DNA of 64,000 bases from Planctomycetota bacterium (GCA_038060895.1 JBBTCT010000022.1:345067-409066); one strand, 5' to 3'. Positions 10,511-20,286 are shown, counted from the first letter of the stretch. Numbers and translations: made by a program. The notes: a model not told the origin generated them from the sequence alone.

Positions 10511-11386
10511 TTACACCGCCGACAGTCCCAGATGATCGCACCGGCAGAAGCGGGAGATCTCGAACAGCGCGCGAAGCACATCCTCCGCCTGCTGCGCCGA
10601 AAGCCCCGCAAGCCCGCACGCCGGTGTGAAGAACGACTGTTCCAGCACCTTCTTCTTATCGCCGAGCGGCGCGATCGCCGCGAGGAGTTCCTTGAGGATG
10701 GCCCGCGAGTGCCCGAGGGGCACCGCGCGGTCGGTCGGGACGATCCCCCAGCCGATCCAGCCGCCCGCGGCCACGTGCGCGACGAGCGCCGGGCCGCACT
10801 CCGCTACGAACGGCTTCACGCCCGCGGACACGTCGGGATTCACGAAGTCGGGCCGAAGCGCGAGCACGTCCTTCCACGCGCCCTTGCCGCAGCAGTGGAA
10901 CCCCACGACCGCACCCGCGGCGCGGATCTCCGCGACCAGCCGCGTCGCCGCTTCGCGGTCCACCGCCTCCAGCGGCTTCGTCCACGACGGCTCGTCCACG
11001 GCGATCACTGCCATCCGACCCGCCATCCGGGCCTGCGCCGCCTGCCACCGCGCGTGCGCGGCTACCTTCGTCGCGAGCGTCGCGTAGTTGCCCTTCCCGG
11101 CCTGGACGAGGCACAGCGGCCCGGCCACCTGTCCCTTCAGCCACGGAGATTTCGCCGCTTCCTGCCGCAGGCGGTCGAGCATGGCGTAGCAGCCGGGGAC
11201 GGAAGCGACGGTCGGGGGGGCGAGGGCCTGGTCGAGCATGGACTCGCCCTTGAGCTGGGGCCAGAAGGGGAAGTCGGGGAAGCGCTCGTGGACGTACGCC
11301 GCGGCGTCGGCTGCGCTGGTGTGGAAGGTGGAGCCGACGCCTGTGAAGCGGGACTGGGGGAGCGGGAGTGAGGGGGCGGGAGAAAT
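10511..11386 (-). CDS. Core cobalamin-independent methionine synthase (MetE C-terminal/URO-D-like) protein; start uncertain
   Basis: FTGVGSTFH..PFWPQL lies upstream of the first ATG at 11239; also KGQVAGP, VDEP, GFHCC, WGIVPT and TPACGL (Zn ligands H-x-C, C). Confidence 0.7.
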   Translation of the reverse strand: MSPAPSLPLPQSRFTGVGSTFHTSAADAAAYVHERFPDFPFWPQLKGESMLDQALAPPTVASVPGCYAMLDRLRQEAAKSPWLKGQVAGPLCLVQAGKGNYATLATKVAAHARWQAAQARMAGRMAVIAVDEPSWTKPLEAVDREAATRLVAEIRAAGAVVGFHCCGKGAWKDVLALRPDFVNPDVSAGVKPFVAECGPALVAHVAAGGWIGWGIVPTDRAVPLGHSRAILKELLAAIAPLGDKKKVLEQSFFTPACGLAGLSAQQAEDVLRALFEISRFCRCDHLGLSAV

Positions 11387-11463
11387 CTGGCTGAAGGGGG
11401 TGAGCTCCTTGGCCGGGCGGGGAGTGGTGGGGTTCGCACCGTTCGTCGGGTTCGCCCGGCCAA

Positions 11464-11494
11464 CCCTGAGCGAGCGAAGCGAGTCGAAGGGTGG
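11464..11494. repeat. REP-like palindromic repeat family A, copy 2
   Basis: ccctgagcgagcgaagcgagtcgaagggtgg; shares 19 identical nt with 4969-4987. Confidence 0.7.
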
Positions 11495-11547
11495 TTGAAC
11501 CGGGCATCGTAAGGAGGGTCCTTGCCGTGCGCAATCGCATTTCCTGC

Positions 11548-11577
11548 TTGACCGGTTCGTGGCGCGGGGGGTAGGCT
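11548..11577 (+). promoter_or_regulatory. Sigma70-like promoter of the metal transporter operon
   Basis: TTGACC-N18-TAGGCT immediately upstream of the first operator. Confidence 0.5.
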
Positions 11578-11580
11578 ATG

Positions 11581-11662
11581 AAAGTTAGCGTAAGGAAACA
11601 ATGACGGGGCGGCCGCGGAAGCGCGCCCCTTTTTGAGTGCCTTAAAGTTAGCTTAAGGAAAC
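11581..11662. promoter_or_regulatory. Two DtxR/MntR-family operator boxes
   Basis: AAAGTTAGCGTAAGGAAAC (11581-11599) and AAAGTTAGCTTAAGGAAAC (11644-11662): 18/19 identical imperfect palindromes, 63 bp apart, upstream of a DtxR-family gene. Confidence 0.75.
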
Positions 11663-11669
11663 TTGACGG

Positions 11670-12191
11670 ATGACCACCCGCCTCACCGCCAGCCAGGAGA
11701 ACTACCTCGAACACATCCTCAACCTTGGCCGAAGCGCCCCCGTCCGCGTCCGGGACATCGCGGAAGCGGCGGGCGTGCGGCTTCCCAGCGTGTCCAAGGC
11801 GATCGGACGGCTCGTCGATGCCGGCCTGGCCCGGCACGAGGCGTATGGCCGCGTCGAGATCACCGACAAGGGACTGCGCGCGGCGCGGTCCGTCGCCCGC
11901 CGTGATGAATGCCTGACGCGTCTCCTCGTGGACGTCCTGGGCATGCCCCCGGCGCGCGCCGCGGCCGACGTCTGCCGCCTCGAGCATTCCCTCGGCGCCG
12001 ACGTCCTCGAACGCCTGGAAGCCCTCGTCGCCCACGCGTCTTCGCCGGCTTCCGCCGCCTGGCGACGCGGCCTCGCACGGAAACTCGCGGCGCTTCCCGC
12101 CCAGCGCGACGACCGCGACGACATCCGCGTCGGCGCCAACGACCCGCACGTTCACGTCGGGAAATCCACCCATCAGGAGAGCCGGACATGA
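11670..12191 (+). CDS. DtxR/MntR/TroR family metal-dependent repressor
   Basis: SQENYLEHI, wHTH 'VRDIAEAAGVRLPSVS', 'CRLEH'. Confidence 0.9.
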   Translation: MTTRLTASQENYLEHILNLGRSAPVRVRDIAEAAGVRLPSVSKAIGRLVDAGLARHEAYGRVEITDKGLRAARSVARRDECLTRLLVDVLGMPPARAAADVCRLEHSLGADVLERLEALVAHASSPASAAWRRGLARKLAALPAQRDDRDDIRVGANDPHVHVGKSTHQESRT

Positions 12192-13078
12192 AATCGATAG
12201 CGCTGCTGCTGACCGCATTGACATTCCTGCCCGCGGCCGCCGATGAGCCGCGCAAGAAGGTCATCGTCTGCTCGACCACCCAGATCGCCGACTTCGCGAG
12301 GCAGATCGTGGGGGACCGGTGCGTCGTGAAGTGCATCCTCGCGCCGGGAGCGGACCCGCACACGTACATGCCGACGCCGGGGGACGCGGAGATCGCCGCG
12401 ACCGCCGACCTGTGCCTCGAGAACGGGCTGCACCTCGAGGGGAAGAACTGGATGGCGACGCTGGCGAAGGATCGCGGCAAGCCGATCGCGACGTGCACGG
12501 AAGGGCTGGAACCGCTCGAACTCGAAGCGGGCGGCCAGAAAATCCACGACCCGCACGCGTGGTTCTCGCCGGTGAACGCGGCGCGGTACGTGAACAACAT
12601 CGTCGTCGCCCTGTCGAAGCTCGATCCGTCCGGCACGGGGGAATTTGAAGCGAGGGCGAAGCTGTATCTCCAGCAGCTCAGGACGTTGGATGCGTGGATC
12701 AAGGAGCAGTTCAACGCGATCCTGCCCGAGAAGCGGATCCTGGTAACGAGCCACGATGCGTTCAATTACTTCTGCCGGGATTACGGCTTCAAGTCGGCGT
12801 CGCCGGTGGGCTGGTCAACGGGAAACGAAGTCGGCGCCGGGATGACTCCCGAGCGCCGCAAGGCCGTCGTGGATTCAATCCGGTCGTTCGGCGTGAAGGC
12901 CGTCTTCGTCGAGACGAGCGTGAATCCCAAGATGGTGCAGGAGCTCGCGCGCGAGGCCGGAGTCGCCGTCGGCGGCCAGCTCTACAGCGACTCGATGGGC
13001 GGCCCCGGCACGGCGGGGGAGACGTACATCGGGATGATGCGGGAAAACGTCCTCACGATCGTCAGGGCGCTGAAATAG
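12188..13078 (+). CDS. TroA/ZnuA/MntA-type metal ABC substrate-binding protein
   Basis: Signal peptide; DPHTY, NGLHLE, DPHAW, TSHDAF, YSDS motifs. Confidence 0.92.
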   Translation: MKSIALLLTALTFLPAAADEPRKKVIVCSTTQIADFARQIVGDRCVVKCILAPGADPHTYMPTPGDAEIAATADLCLENGLHLEGKNWMATLAKDRGKPIATCTEGLEPLELEAGGQKIHDPHAWFSPVNAARYVNNIVVALSKLDPSGTGEFEARAKLYLQQLRTLDAWIKEQFNAILPEKRILVTSHDAFNYFCRDYGFKSASPVGWSTGNEVGAGMTPERRKAVVDSIRSFGVKAVFVETSVNPKMVQELAREAGVAVGGQLYSDSMGGPGTAGETYIGMMRENVLTIVRALK

Positions 13079-13585
13079 ATGCGCTTCCTCCTCACCGCGT
13101 TGATCTGGGTCGTCTTCGTAGGCAGCGTCGCGCTGTTCACGTCGCGCCGGGACGCCCGCGGTCCGGTCGCTTCGTACGCGCGTGCGGCGGCGAAGGGGAT
13201 CTTTGCGGTGGAGGTGACGGCTTCGTTTACGGCGGAGCCGGACCCGTTTGCACTGGACACGGGCAAGGCGAAACCGGCCGGGCTGGTCGTCCGCGTGAAC
13301 GGCGTTGAGGCGATCCGGGCGGCGACGGTCAAGCCCGGCGCGGCCATCCGGGTCGAGCCCGTTGCCGCCGTCCTCGAGGGGAAGAACGAGCTTTTCATCG
13401 AGGCGTATCCGCCCGCGGACCAGCTCAACCGTTCGCACGCGATCCGCGTGCGCATCCTGCGTGACGGCGAGCCGGTGGCGGAGCGGACGTTCTGGAGCGA
13501 GCCGGGGACTCCGATCGCGACGGCGTTCCCGCTCGAGGTCCCTGCCGCGGGAGCGCCCGCGAAGGACGATCACAATGATCACTGA
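13079..13585 (+). CDS. Membrane-anchored hypothetical protein inside the metal ABC operon
   Basis: Starts 1 nt after the SBP stop and overlaps the ATPase start; N-terminal TM segment, beta-rich body, C-terminal DDHNDH. Confidence 0.75.
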   Translation: MRFLLTALIWVVFVGSVALFTSRRDARGPVASYARAAAKGIFAVEVTASFTAEPDPFALDTGKAKPAGLVVRVNGVEAIRAATVKPGAAIRVEPVAAVLEGKNELFIEAYPPADQLNRSHAIRVRILRDGEPVAERTFWSEPGTPIATAFPLEVPAAGAPAKDDHNDH

Positions 13586-14339
13586 CGCCCGCATTCCTGC
13601 CATCCAGGTCGAAAATCTCACCGTTTCCTACGGCCCCCGGCCGGCGCTTCTCGACGTCTCCGTTTCAATCGAACCCGGCACCCTCGTCGGCGTGATCGGC
13701 CCGAATGGCTCGGGGAAGTCGACGCTGATCAAGGCGATCCTGGGGTTCGTGAAGCGCGACTTCGGGACGGTGAAGATCTTCGGGGAGCCGGTCGAAGAGG
13801 CGCGCGGAAGACTGGCGTACGTGCCTCAGCGCGGGGCCGTGGACTGGGACTACCCGGTGACGGTCGAGGAAGTTGCGATGATGGGCCGGTACGGACGCAT
13901 CCCATGGTGGAGCTCGCCGTCCGCCGAGGACCGCCGGATCGTCGGCGAGTCGCTCGACATCGTGCGCATGGGCGACTTCCGCAAGCGCCAGATCGGCCAG
14001 CTCTCCGGCGGCCAGCAGCAGCGCGTGTTCATGGCCCGAGCGCTCGCGCAGGGCGCCGACATCCTGCTCCTTGACGAACCGTTCGCAGGGGTTGACGCCG
14101 CGACCGAGCGCGCGCTTCTCGAAGTCCTCCGCCAGGCGCGCTCTGCCGGCCGCACGCTCGTCGTCGTTCACCACGACCTCGCGACCGCGGCCGAGACGTT
14201 CGACCGGTTGATCCTCCTCAAGCAGCGGATGTACGGCTACGGCCCTCCTGAAGCGGTGATGCACGAAGATCTCCTGACCGCCGTGTACGAAGGACGCCTT
14301 CGAATCTTCGGGAAGCTGGCGAAGGAGGCGAAGCCGTGA
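13575..14339 (+). CDS. Metal ABC transporter ATPase (TroB-like)
   Basis: GPNGSGKST, AYVPQR, LSGGQQQR, LLLDEPF, VHHDL. Confidence 0.93.
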   Translation: MITDARIPAIQVENLTVSYGPRPALLDVSVSIEPGTLVGVIGPNGSGKSTLIKAILGFVKRDFGTVKIFGEPVEEARGRLAYVPQRGAVDWDYPVTVEEVAMMGRYGRIPWWSSPSAEDRRIVGESLDIVRMGDFRKRQIGQLSGGQQQRVFMARALAQGADILLLDEPFAGVDAATERALLEVLRQARSAGRTLVVVHHDLATAAETFDRLILLKQRMYGYGPPEAVMHEDLLTAVYEGRLRIFGKLAKEAKP

Positions 14340-15874
14340 TCGCTTCGATCTTCTCCCCGCTTTCCGAGACCTTCATCCAGAAAGCGCTTCTGGGCGGCTC
14401 ACTCGTCGCCATCGTCTGTGGCGTCGTCGGCTGCCTCGTCGTCGTCCGCCGCATGGCGTTCCTCGGCGACGCGCTCTCGCACGCGATGATCGCCGGCGTC
14501 GGCGCGGGGTACCTCTTCATGAAGCTGGTCTTCGGCAAGGAGGCGCACGCCCCCGCGATGCTCCTCGGCTCGCTCATCGCGGCGGGGATCACGGTCGGCA
14601 TGATCGCGTTCGTCTCCCGCGTCTCGCGCCTCAAGGAAGACACCGTCATCGGCATCATGTACTGCGGCGTCTTCGCCGCGGGCGTCGTCCTCGTGTCCGT
14701 CTTCCGCGACCATATCCATATCGACATCGTTCACTTCATCATGGGCGACGTCCTCGGCGTGACGGACACCGATCTCTGGGTCGCCGGGACCGTCGGCGCC
14801 GCCGTGCTGACGGTGCTCACGCTGTTCTTCCGCGCGTTCCAGTTCTCGTCGTTCGACCCCGTTGCCGCGCGCGCCGCGGGAATTCCCGTCGCGCTCGTGG
14901 ACATCACCCTCACACTCTGCGTCTCCCTCGTCGTCGTTTCCGCCGTTTCAATGGTCGGCGTCATCCTCGTCGTCGGCCTCCTCATCACGCCCGCCGCCAC
15001 CGCCTACCTCCTCTGCGACCGCCTCGACCGCATGATGGGCCTCGCCGCGCTCTTCGGAGTGACCTCAGTCGCCGGCGGCCTCGCCCTCGCCATGGCCCTC
15101 GACTCCGCCGGCGGCGGCGCCATCATGTGCTTCTGCACCGCGCAGTTCCTCGCCGTGCTCGCCCTCGCTCCCCGCTACGGCCTCCTCGCCGGCTGGCGCC
15201 GACGCCGCAACATGATCCCGCAGCAACTCTTCGAGGACATCCTCGGCTCCGTCCTCCGCGGCAAACCCCCCGTCGCCGCCGAGGTCGTCGCTTCCCACGT
15301 CCATCTGCACCGCGGCCGCCTTGTTCGCGCCATCGCTACGATGAAGTCGGACGGACTGCTGATCGAGGCGCCGGATGGACTGTCGCTGACCGAAGAGGGC
15401 TTCGCCCAGGCGCGCCGGCTGCAGCGCGCGCATCGTCTCTGGGAGACCTACCTTGCTCGCGTCGGCGTGCCGCAACAGGAGATTCACGCGAAGGCGGACG
15501 TGCTCGAACACGTTCACGAGGAAGAGGCGGTGGACTACATCGACGACCTGCTGGGCCACCCGGAGCGCGACCCGCACGGCGCGGACATTCCGGAGGACTT
15601 CGTGCACGTCGAAGGCGGCGCACCGGTCCCCGCGAGTTTTCTCCGCGAGGGCCGCCGGGCGACCGTCGTTTCCGCGCCCCCTGCGACCGGGCTCGCCGCC
15701 GGGCAGCGCATCGCGATGGCGCCGCGCCGCGACGAGGGACGGACATGGGTTGCGAAGCGCGAGGACGGGACCGAAGCGCTTCTGGACCACGCGACGGCCG
15801 ATGCCGTGATGGTGCAGCCCGATGCGGAGAGCGGGATCCGCCCTGCGGTGAATCCGGGAGCGGTGAAACGCTGA
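14336..15874 (+). CDS. Metal ABC permease fused to a C-terminal DtxR-like repressor domain
   Basis: ABC-3 motifs GDALSH and SFDP; C-terminal HRLWETYL..ADVLEH..LGHPERDPHGADIP plus an SH3/FeoA-like tail. Confidence 0.9.
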   Translation: MIASIFSPLSETFIQKALLGGSLVAIVCGVVGCLVVVRRMAFLGDALSHAMIAGVGAGYLFMKLVFGKEAHAPAMLLGSLIAAGITVGMIAFVSRVSRLKEDTVIGIMYCGVFAAGVVLVSVFRDHIHIDIVHFIMGDVLGVTDTDLWVAGTVGAAVLTVLTLFFRAFQFSSFDPVAARAAGIPVALVDITLTLCVSLVVVSAVSMVGVILVVGLLITPAATAYLLCDRLDRMMGLAALFGVTSVAGGLALAMALDSAGGGAIMCFCTAQFLAVLALAPRYGLLAGWRRRRNMIPQQLFEDILGSVLRGKPPVAAEVVASHVHLHRGRLVRAIATMKSDGLLIEAPDGLSLTEEGFAQARRLQRAHRLWETYLARVGVPQQEIHAKADVLEHVHEEEAVDYIDDLLGHPERDPHGADIPEDFVHVEGGAPVPASFLREGRRATVVSAPPATGLAAGQRIAMAPRRDEGRTWVAKREDGTEALLDHATADAVMVQPDAESGIRPAVNPGAVKR

Positions 15875-15918
15875 GGATTTTGGAACCCGGTCCCTCCCGC
15901 TCCCGTATCATTTGACCC

Positions 15919-16824
15919 GTGAAACGCTTCCTCAGAAAACGCCTCCTGCTGTCTCTCGCGGCCGCCGGAACGCTGGCCGTGGTCTTTCACCTCGGCCTCT
16001 CGTCCTGCGGACCTTCGCGCACCGGCAAACCCGTCGTCGCGTGCTCCAATTCGATCCTCGCCGACTTCGCGCGCACGGTCGCCGGTCCGCACGTGGATGT
16101 CCGCACGCTGGCCATTCCCCTGGATGACGCCCACAAGGTCGCGCCCACGGAGGAACTCAAACGCGCCGTCGGTGAATCCTGGGCAATCTTTGAGAACGGC
16201 CTGGGCCTCGAGCCGTGGCTGGACGACATCGTGAAGGCCGCGCCAGGCGAACACAGGCGCTTCGTCGCCACAAAGGGCGTCACGCCGATCCTGCGAGCGG
16301 ACGGCTCGCCCGACCCGCACGCCTGGCTCGACCCTCGCAACGCCCAGACGTACGTGCTCAACGCCCGCGACATGCTCATCTCGGTGGACCCCGACCACGA
16401 ATCGGACTTCCGCACGAACGCCGACTCGCTCATCGAGTCCATCAAGGGCGTCGAGGCCTACGTTACCTCCGAGGTCGAGTCGCTCGCCCCGCAGCGCCGC
16501 CGGATTCTCGTCGTCCACGACTCGATGCGTTACTTCGCGGCCCGCTTCGGATTCCAGACCACCGCCCTCGCCCCCGCAGGAATCAAACCAACCTCGCAGG
16601 ATGGCGAAGCCGCCACGGACTGGCTCCTGAAGGAACGGACGCCCGCGATGTTCACGGAAGCAGGGCACGACGAGGAAGCGATCCGCGCGCTCTCTTTCAA
16701 GAACGGCCGCAACGTGCTGGGCCCTCTCTGGACGGACACGCTCGACGCCCCCGGAAAACCGGCGGGGAGCTACGTCGGCGCCATGAAGGAAAACACGGCG
16801 CTGATCGTCAAGGGACTCCGCTGA
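15919..16824 (+). CDS. Second TroA-type metal-binding protein
   Basis: DAHKV, NGLGLE, DPHAWL, VHDSM, WTDT. Confidence 0.88.
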   Translation: MKRFLRKRLLLSLAAAGTLAVVFHLGLSSCGPSRTGKPVVACSNSILADFARTVAGPHVDVRTLAIPLDDAHKVAPTEELKRAVGESWAIFENGLGLEPWLDDIVKAAPGEHRRFVATKGVTPILRADGSPDPHAWLDPRNAQTYVLNARDMLISVDPDHESDFRTNADSLIESIKGVEAYVTSEVESLAPQRRRILVVHDSMRYFAARFGFQTTALAPAGIKPTSQDGEAATDWLLKERTPAMFTEAGHDEEAIRALSFKNGRNVLGPLWTDTLDAPGKPAGSYVGAMKENTALIVKGLR

Positions 16825-16889
16825 GCCGCCTGCGCCAGCGCTTCTATGTCAGTCCCCTCGTCCTCAAGGACGGCCACCTGCGTCCCGTC

Positions 16890-17225
16890 GTGGACCTCTA
16901 CGACGCGGCCTGGACATGGCTCGCGGACATCGGCGAGCGCCGGCTGGTGCAGGTGTTCGCGAAGCCCCAGACGATGACGCGGCTCGACCGTGACCGGCGG
17001 CTGGAAGCGATTGCCGGTGAAGCGTTCTCTCTGATGCAGGAGCTGACGCACCGCGAGGGCGGGGCGGAGCTGTTGAGGGAAGCCCTGGTGCGGCACCCGC
17101 AGATTGTTGATGCCGCGCGCGAAGCGCTGGCCGCGGCGCCGCCGAGGAGCGAGTCTCCCTTCGCGGCGGCGGATGCGAACCGCCCCGGAAAAGACGGGTT
17201 CGCGCCGCCCTCGTCAACCGGATAA
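16890..17225 (+). CDS. Small hypothetical protein
   Basis: GTG after an AAGGA-like RBS; fills the gap between flanking genes. Confidence 0.45.
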   Translation: MDLYDAAWTWLADIGERRLVQVFAKPQTMTRLDRDRRLEAIAGEAFSLMQELTHREGGAELLREALVRHPQIVDAAREALAAAPPRSESPFAAADANRPGKDGFAPPSSTG

Positions 17226-17282
17226 GATCCCGGCTTCCCCGCGCCCGTCGCCGGGCGCCTTCGACTTCCCGAGGAGTTCTCC

Positions 17283-18065
17283 ATGCGTTCCCTGTGCCTG
17301 CTTGCCCTCATCGCCCTCGCCGCGTGGGCCGACGACACGGTCATCGTCACGGGTCACGGCGAAGCGAAAGTCCGCCCGGATCGCGTGGAGTTCCGCTTCG
17401 CCGTCAGCGCGCGCGCTGAAAAAGCGGCGGACGCGGTGACGAAGATCGGCGAGAAGTCAGCGAAGGTGCGGGACGACCTCAAGGCAGCGGCGGCGGCCCG
17501 GAAGCTCGAAGGCGCGACGGTGAAGGAGAGCGGGCTCGACTTCCGGAGCCCTCCCGGGAACGAGGACGCGATGGTCGTGATGGGGGGTGCGGGAGGCGGC
17601 GGCGAAGGCGGCGGGGAAGTGATGGTCGAGAAGACGGTGACGATGACGGTGGACGGGATCGACAAGCTGAAGGATGGGGAAGTGGCGGAGCATGTGGCGG
17701 CGATCGTGGATGCGGCGGTCGCAGCGGGAGCGAACTACTCGGGCGGCATGCAGTGGGACTGGACGGGGCGCGGGCCGGTCCCGGCGACCGTCGTTTTCCG
17801 GATGAGCGATCCGCAGGCCGCGCTCGCCAAGGCGTGGGACGCGGCGGCCGAAGACGCGAAAAAACGGGCGGCCGAGATTGCGAAGCGCTTCGGCCGGCAG
17901 ATCGGCGACGTGTCGAAAGTTGAGGACGTGAGCGGGCCGCTGTCGGGGACGGCGGAGGCGCAGCCTCTGGCGCCCGGGCAGGCGGGGAGCCACCAGTCAA
18001 CGTTCAGCGGGACGGGGGAAGCGACGATCACGGCTGAGCTGAAGGTGGAGTTCAAGCTCAAATAG
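17283..18065 (+). CDS. SIMPL (DUF541) domain protein
   Basis: Signal peptide; 'TVIVTGHGEAKVRPD', 'AAEDAKKRAAEIA', terminal 'VEFKLK'; RBS gaggag. Confidence 0.85.
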   Translation: MRSLCLLALIALAAWADDTVIVTGHGEAKVRPDRVEFRFAVSARAEKAADAVTKIGEKSAKVRDDLKAAAAARKLEGATVKESGLDFRSPPGNEDAMVVMGGAGGGGEGGGEVMVEKTVTMTVDGIDKLKDGEVAEHVAAIVDAAVAAGANYSGGMQWDWTGRGPVPATVVFRMSDPQAALAKAWDAAAEDAKKRAAEIAKRFGRQIGDVSKVEDVSGPLSGTAEAQPLAPGQAGSHQSTFSGTGEATITAELKVEFKLK

Positions 18066-18159
18066 AGCGCGCGGCCGCCGACTCCAGCCTCAGGCCTGGG
18101 CAAAAGAGAGGGCCGCGGCAGAAACCGCGGCCCACTTTCATGGCTGCAGGATCGCCTGA

Positions 18160-18720
18160 CTAATCGGAGGCCGCGGGCGCTATCCACGTCGTGACGCCGA
18201 GGAAACTGTCGGTTGCCAGGAAGAATCCGGAGGACGCGTCCAGCACGTCCACGCGGCCCTGGAAATACAGGACGTTGATGTCCTCGCTGTTGTGATTGGC
18301 CAGTTCATCGGCCGCAAGGGGCATGTCCGCAGGGGCGTTCGTGCCGACACCCAGGACGGGGATCGTGTAGGCCGGCCCTGACGGGGGGGTCCACGACGAA
18401 CCCGTCGAGATGATTCCCTGGTAGTGAGTTCCCGCTCCCTTCTTGCCGCGAATGGCGCACCGGAAAAGATTGCCGTCGGTGGCGATCGATTGTCCCCAGA
18501 GTTCCCCGAACCACGTCGCCGCGCCCGGGATCGGGTAGTTCTCGAACTTGTTGTGGTAGAGCAGGAAGTACAACCCGATGCTCTTCAGGTTGTTCACGCA
18601 GTCCTTCTTCTTCGCCGCTTTTTTCGCTCCCATCAGGGCCGGAAGGAGGAGCCCGGCAAGGATCCCGATGATGGCGATGACGACGAGAAGTTCGATGAGG
18701 GTAAAACCGCGCCTGCGCAT
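18160..18720 (-). CDS. Prepilin-type N-terminal cleavage/methylation protein (planctomycete pseudopilin-like)
   Basis: [38 protein letters not shown]; C-terminal 'NH....NVLYFQGRV'; RBS caggag. Confidence 0.9.
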   Translation of the reverse strand: MRRRGFTLIELLVVIAIIGILAGLLLPALMGAKKAAKKKDCVNNLKSIGLYFLLYHNKFENYPIPGAATWFGELWGQSIATDGNLFRCAIRGKKGAGTHYQGIISTGSSWTPPSGPAYTIPVLGVGTNAPADMPLAADELANHNSEDINVLYFQGRVDVLDASSGFFLATDSFLGVTTWIAPAASD

Positions 18721-19133
18721 GAGAGTGCTCCTGTTTACGTGAAAATTCCGGGTCCGCGAGGCCGGCGCAGTGGAAGCGCAGGCAGCCTCCGCCGGGGAAA
18801 GCCGGTCGCGGACCGACCTGCGCAGCCAGCGGGCCGAGCAGGGCGAAAAGGTCTTTCGGGCGCGTCGCAGGAGACCGGGTTGTGCCGGCAGGCCCCGGGT
18901 TGGGGCGCGCCGTTCGAAGATGGATATAGGAAAGCGCTTGCGAGCTTGCGACCGGTAGTCTCGGGACGCGGCAGTGCGCGATTTCAGGCTCTCGACGGCG
19001 GTCGGACGGGCCTCCTTTCACCACAAAGGGACACCAGGAGTATAAGTCGAGAATTGCACGGAGCGCAAAGGTGAAAAGCGCCTTAAAGCCTTAAATTCGA
19101 AGGGGAAACGAGGGCCATCCTTACAATCCACGC

Positions 19134-20150
19134 ATGAGAACCCTGCTGGCGGCGGCCGTGGTGCTTTCCGGCCTTTGCCTGTCCGCACGGTCGGAGGAGC
19201 CCGAAGTGAAGCCGCCGACTCTCGACAGCGTCTGTGACGCGATGGCACCGATCATTGCAAAGGGGATCGCCGAGAAGGACACCGCCGCTCCGGTGTTTCA
19301 CGGCAACATCGACTGGCACTCCGCCGTTCACGGTCACTGGGCGCTCTTCAGGATCGCCCGCGCCACCGGCCGCCACGGTGAAGAAGCGCGGCTGGCGGAC
19401 GAGTCTCTGGAGCCCGGTCTGATTCTCAAGGAGATGGCTCTGCTCAAGGACGACCCCCTGGGAGAACTACCGTACGGCTTTGCCTGGTTCCTCCTGCTGG
19501 CGGAGGAGTTCGAACAGTGGAGCACAGAGCTGAAAGGCAAAGACCCGAAGCGGCTGCGCGCCATGGCGGACGCCGCGGCGGCCGCGCTCGTCGCGCACTA
19601 TCGCCGAAAAGGGCCTTCGCCCCTGACTCGCGAATACGAAAACGCATCGTGGGCCATGGTCCGCCTCCACAGCTGGTTCTCGTTCGCGCAGGACAAGGAA
19701 GCGCTCGCGGCCGTGAATGCATGGATCGCGGGCATGAAAGGCCTGGAGAAGCCTGCGAACGGTTTCGTTTTCGATCGCAGTCACTCCGATTTCTTCTCGC
19801 GCTTCGGCAACTTCGCCTACCTCACCGCGAAGACGCGCGAGCCGGCTGACCTCTCGGCTTTCATGGCCCTGCGCCCGATTTTCGACGAGGACATTGCGCC
19901 CCTCGTGAACACGGACGACACCGCCCACCACCTGGGCACGAACTGGTCGCGCGCGTGGGCACTCAAGGCGCTGGCAGCGACCGCGCCCGAGGAAGCCGAC
20001 CGGAAGCGCTTCCGGAAGGCGTTCGAAGCGCATGTCGTGCAGGGGATGAAGCAGCACGAGGAGTCCAAGGGCGACTACTGGGCGTACGGCCACTGGGTGC
20101 CGCAGTTTGCGGTGTATGCCGTGACGGATGGAGATGACGAGAAGAAGTAG
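19134..20150 (+). CDS. DUF2891 family protein, secreted
   Basis: FHGNIDWHSAVHGHW, PYGFAW, NWSRAW, YWAYGHW motifs. Confidence 0.8.
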   Translation: MRTLLAAAVVLSGLCLSARSEEPEVKPPTLDSVCDAMAPIIAKGIAEKDTAAPVFHGNIDWHSAVHGHWALFRIARATGRHGEEARLADESLEPGLILKEMALLKDDPLGELPYGFAWFLLLAEEFEQWSTELKGKDPKRLRAMADAAAAALVAHYRRKGPSPLTREYENASWAMVRLHSWFSFAQDKEALAAVNAWIAGMKGLEKPANGFVFDRSHSDFFSRFGNFAYLTAKTREPADLSAFMALRPIFDEDIAPLVNTDDTAHHLGTNWSRAWALKALAATAPEEADRKRFRKAFEAHVVQGMKQHEESKGDYWAYGHWVPQFAVYAVTDGDDEKK

Positions 20151-20171
20151 CCCGCGAGAGAGATGGGAATT

Positions 20172-20250
20172 GGTAGGGGGTAGTGGGTAGGAGGTAGGAG
20201 AGACCGTTGCAGTGGCTGCTTTTCCTGCCTCCTACCGACTACCCCCTGCC
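20172..20250. repeat. Inverted repeat built from ggtag heptamer-like units; possible bidirectional terminator
   Basis: ggtagggggtagtgggtaggaggtagga ... tcctgcctcctaccgactaccccctgcc between convergent genes. Confidence 0.7.
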
Positions 20251-20286
20251 GTACCGATGTCGGCAGCTTCGTCTGGTCCTGCTTGA

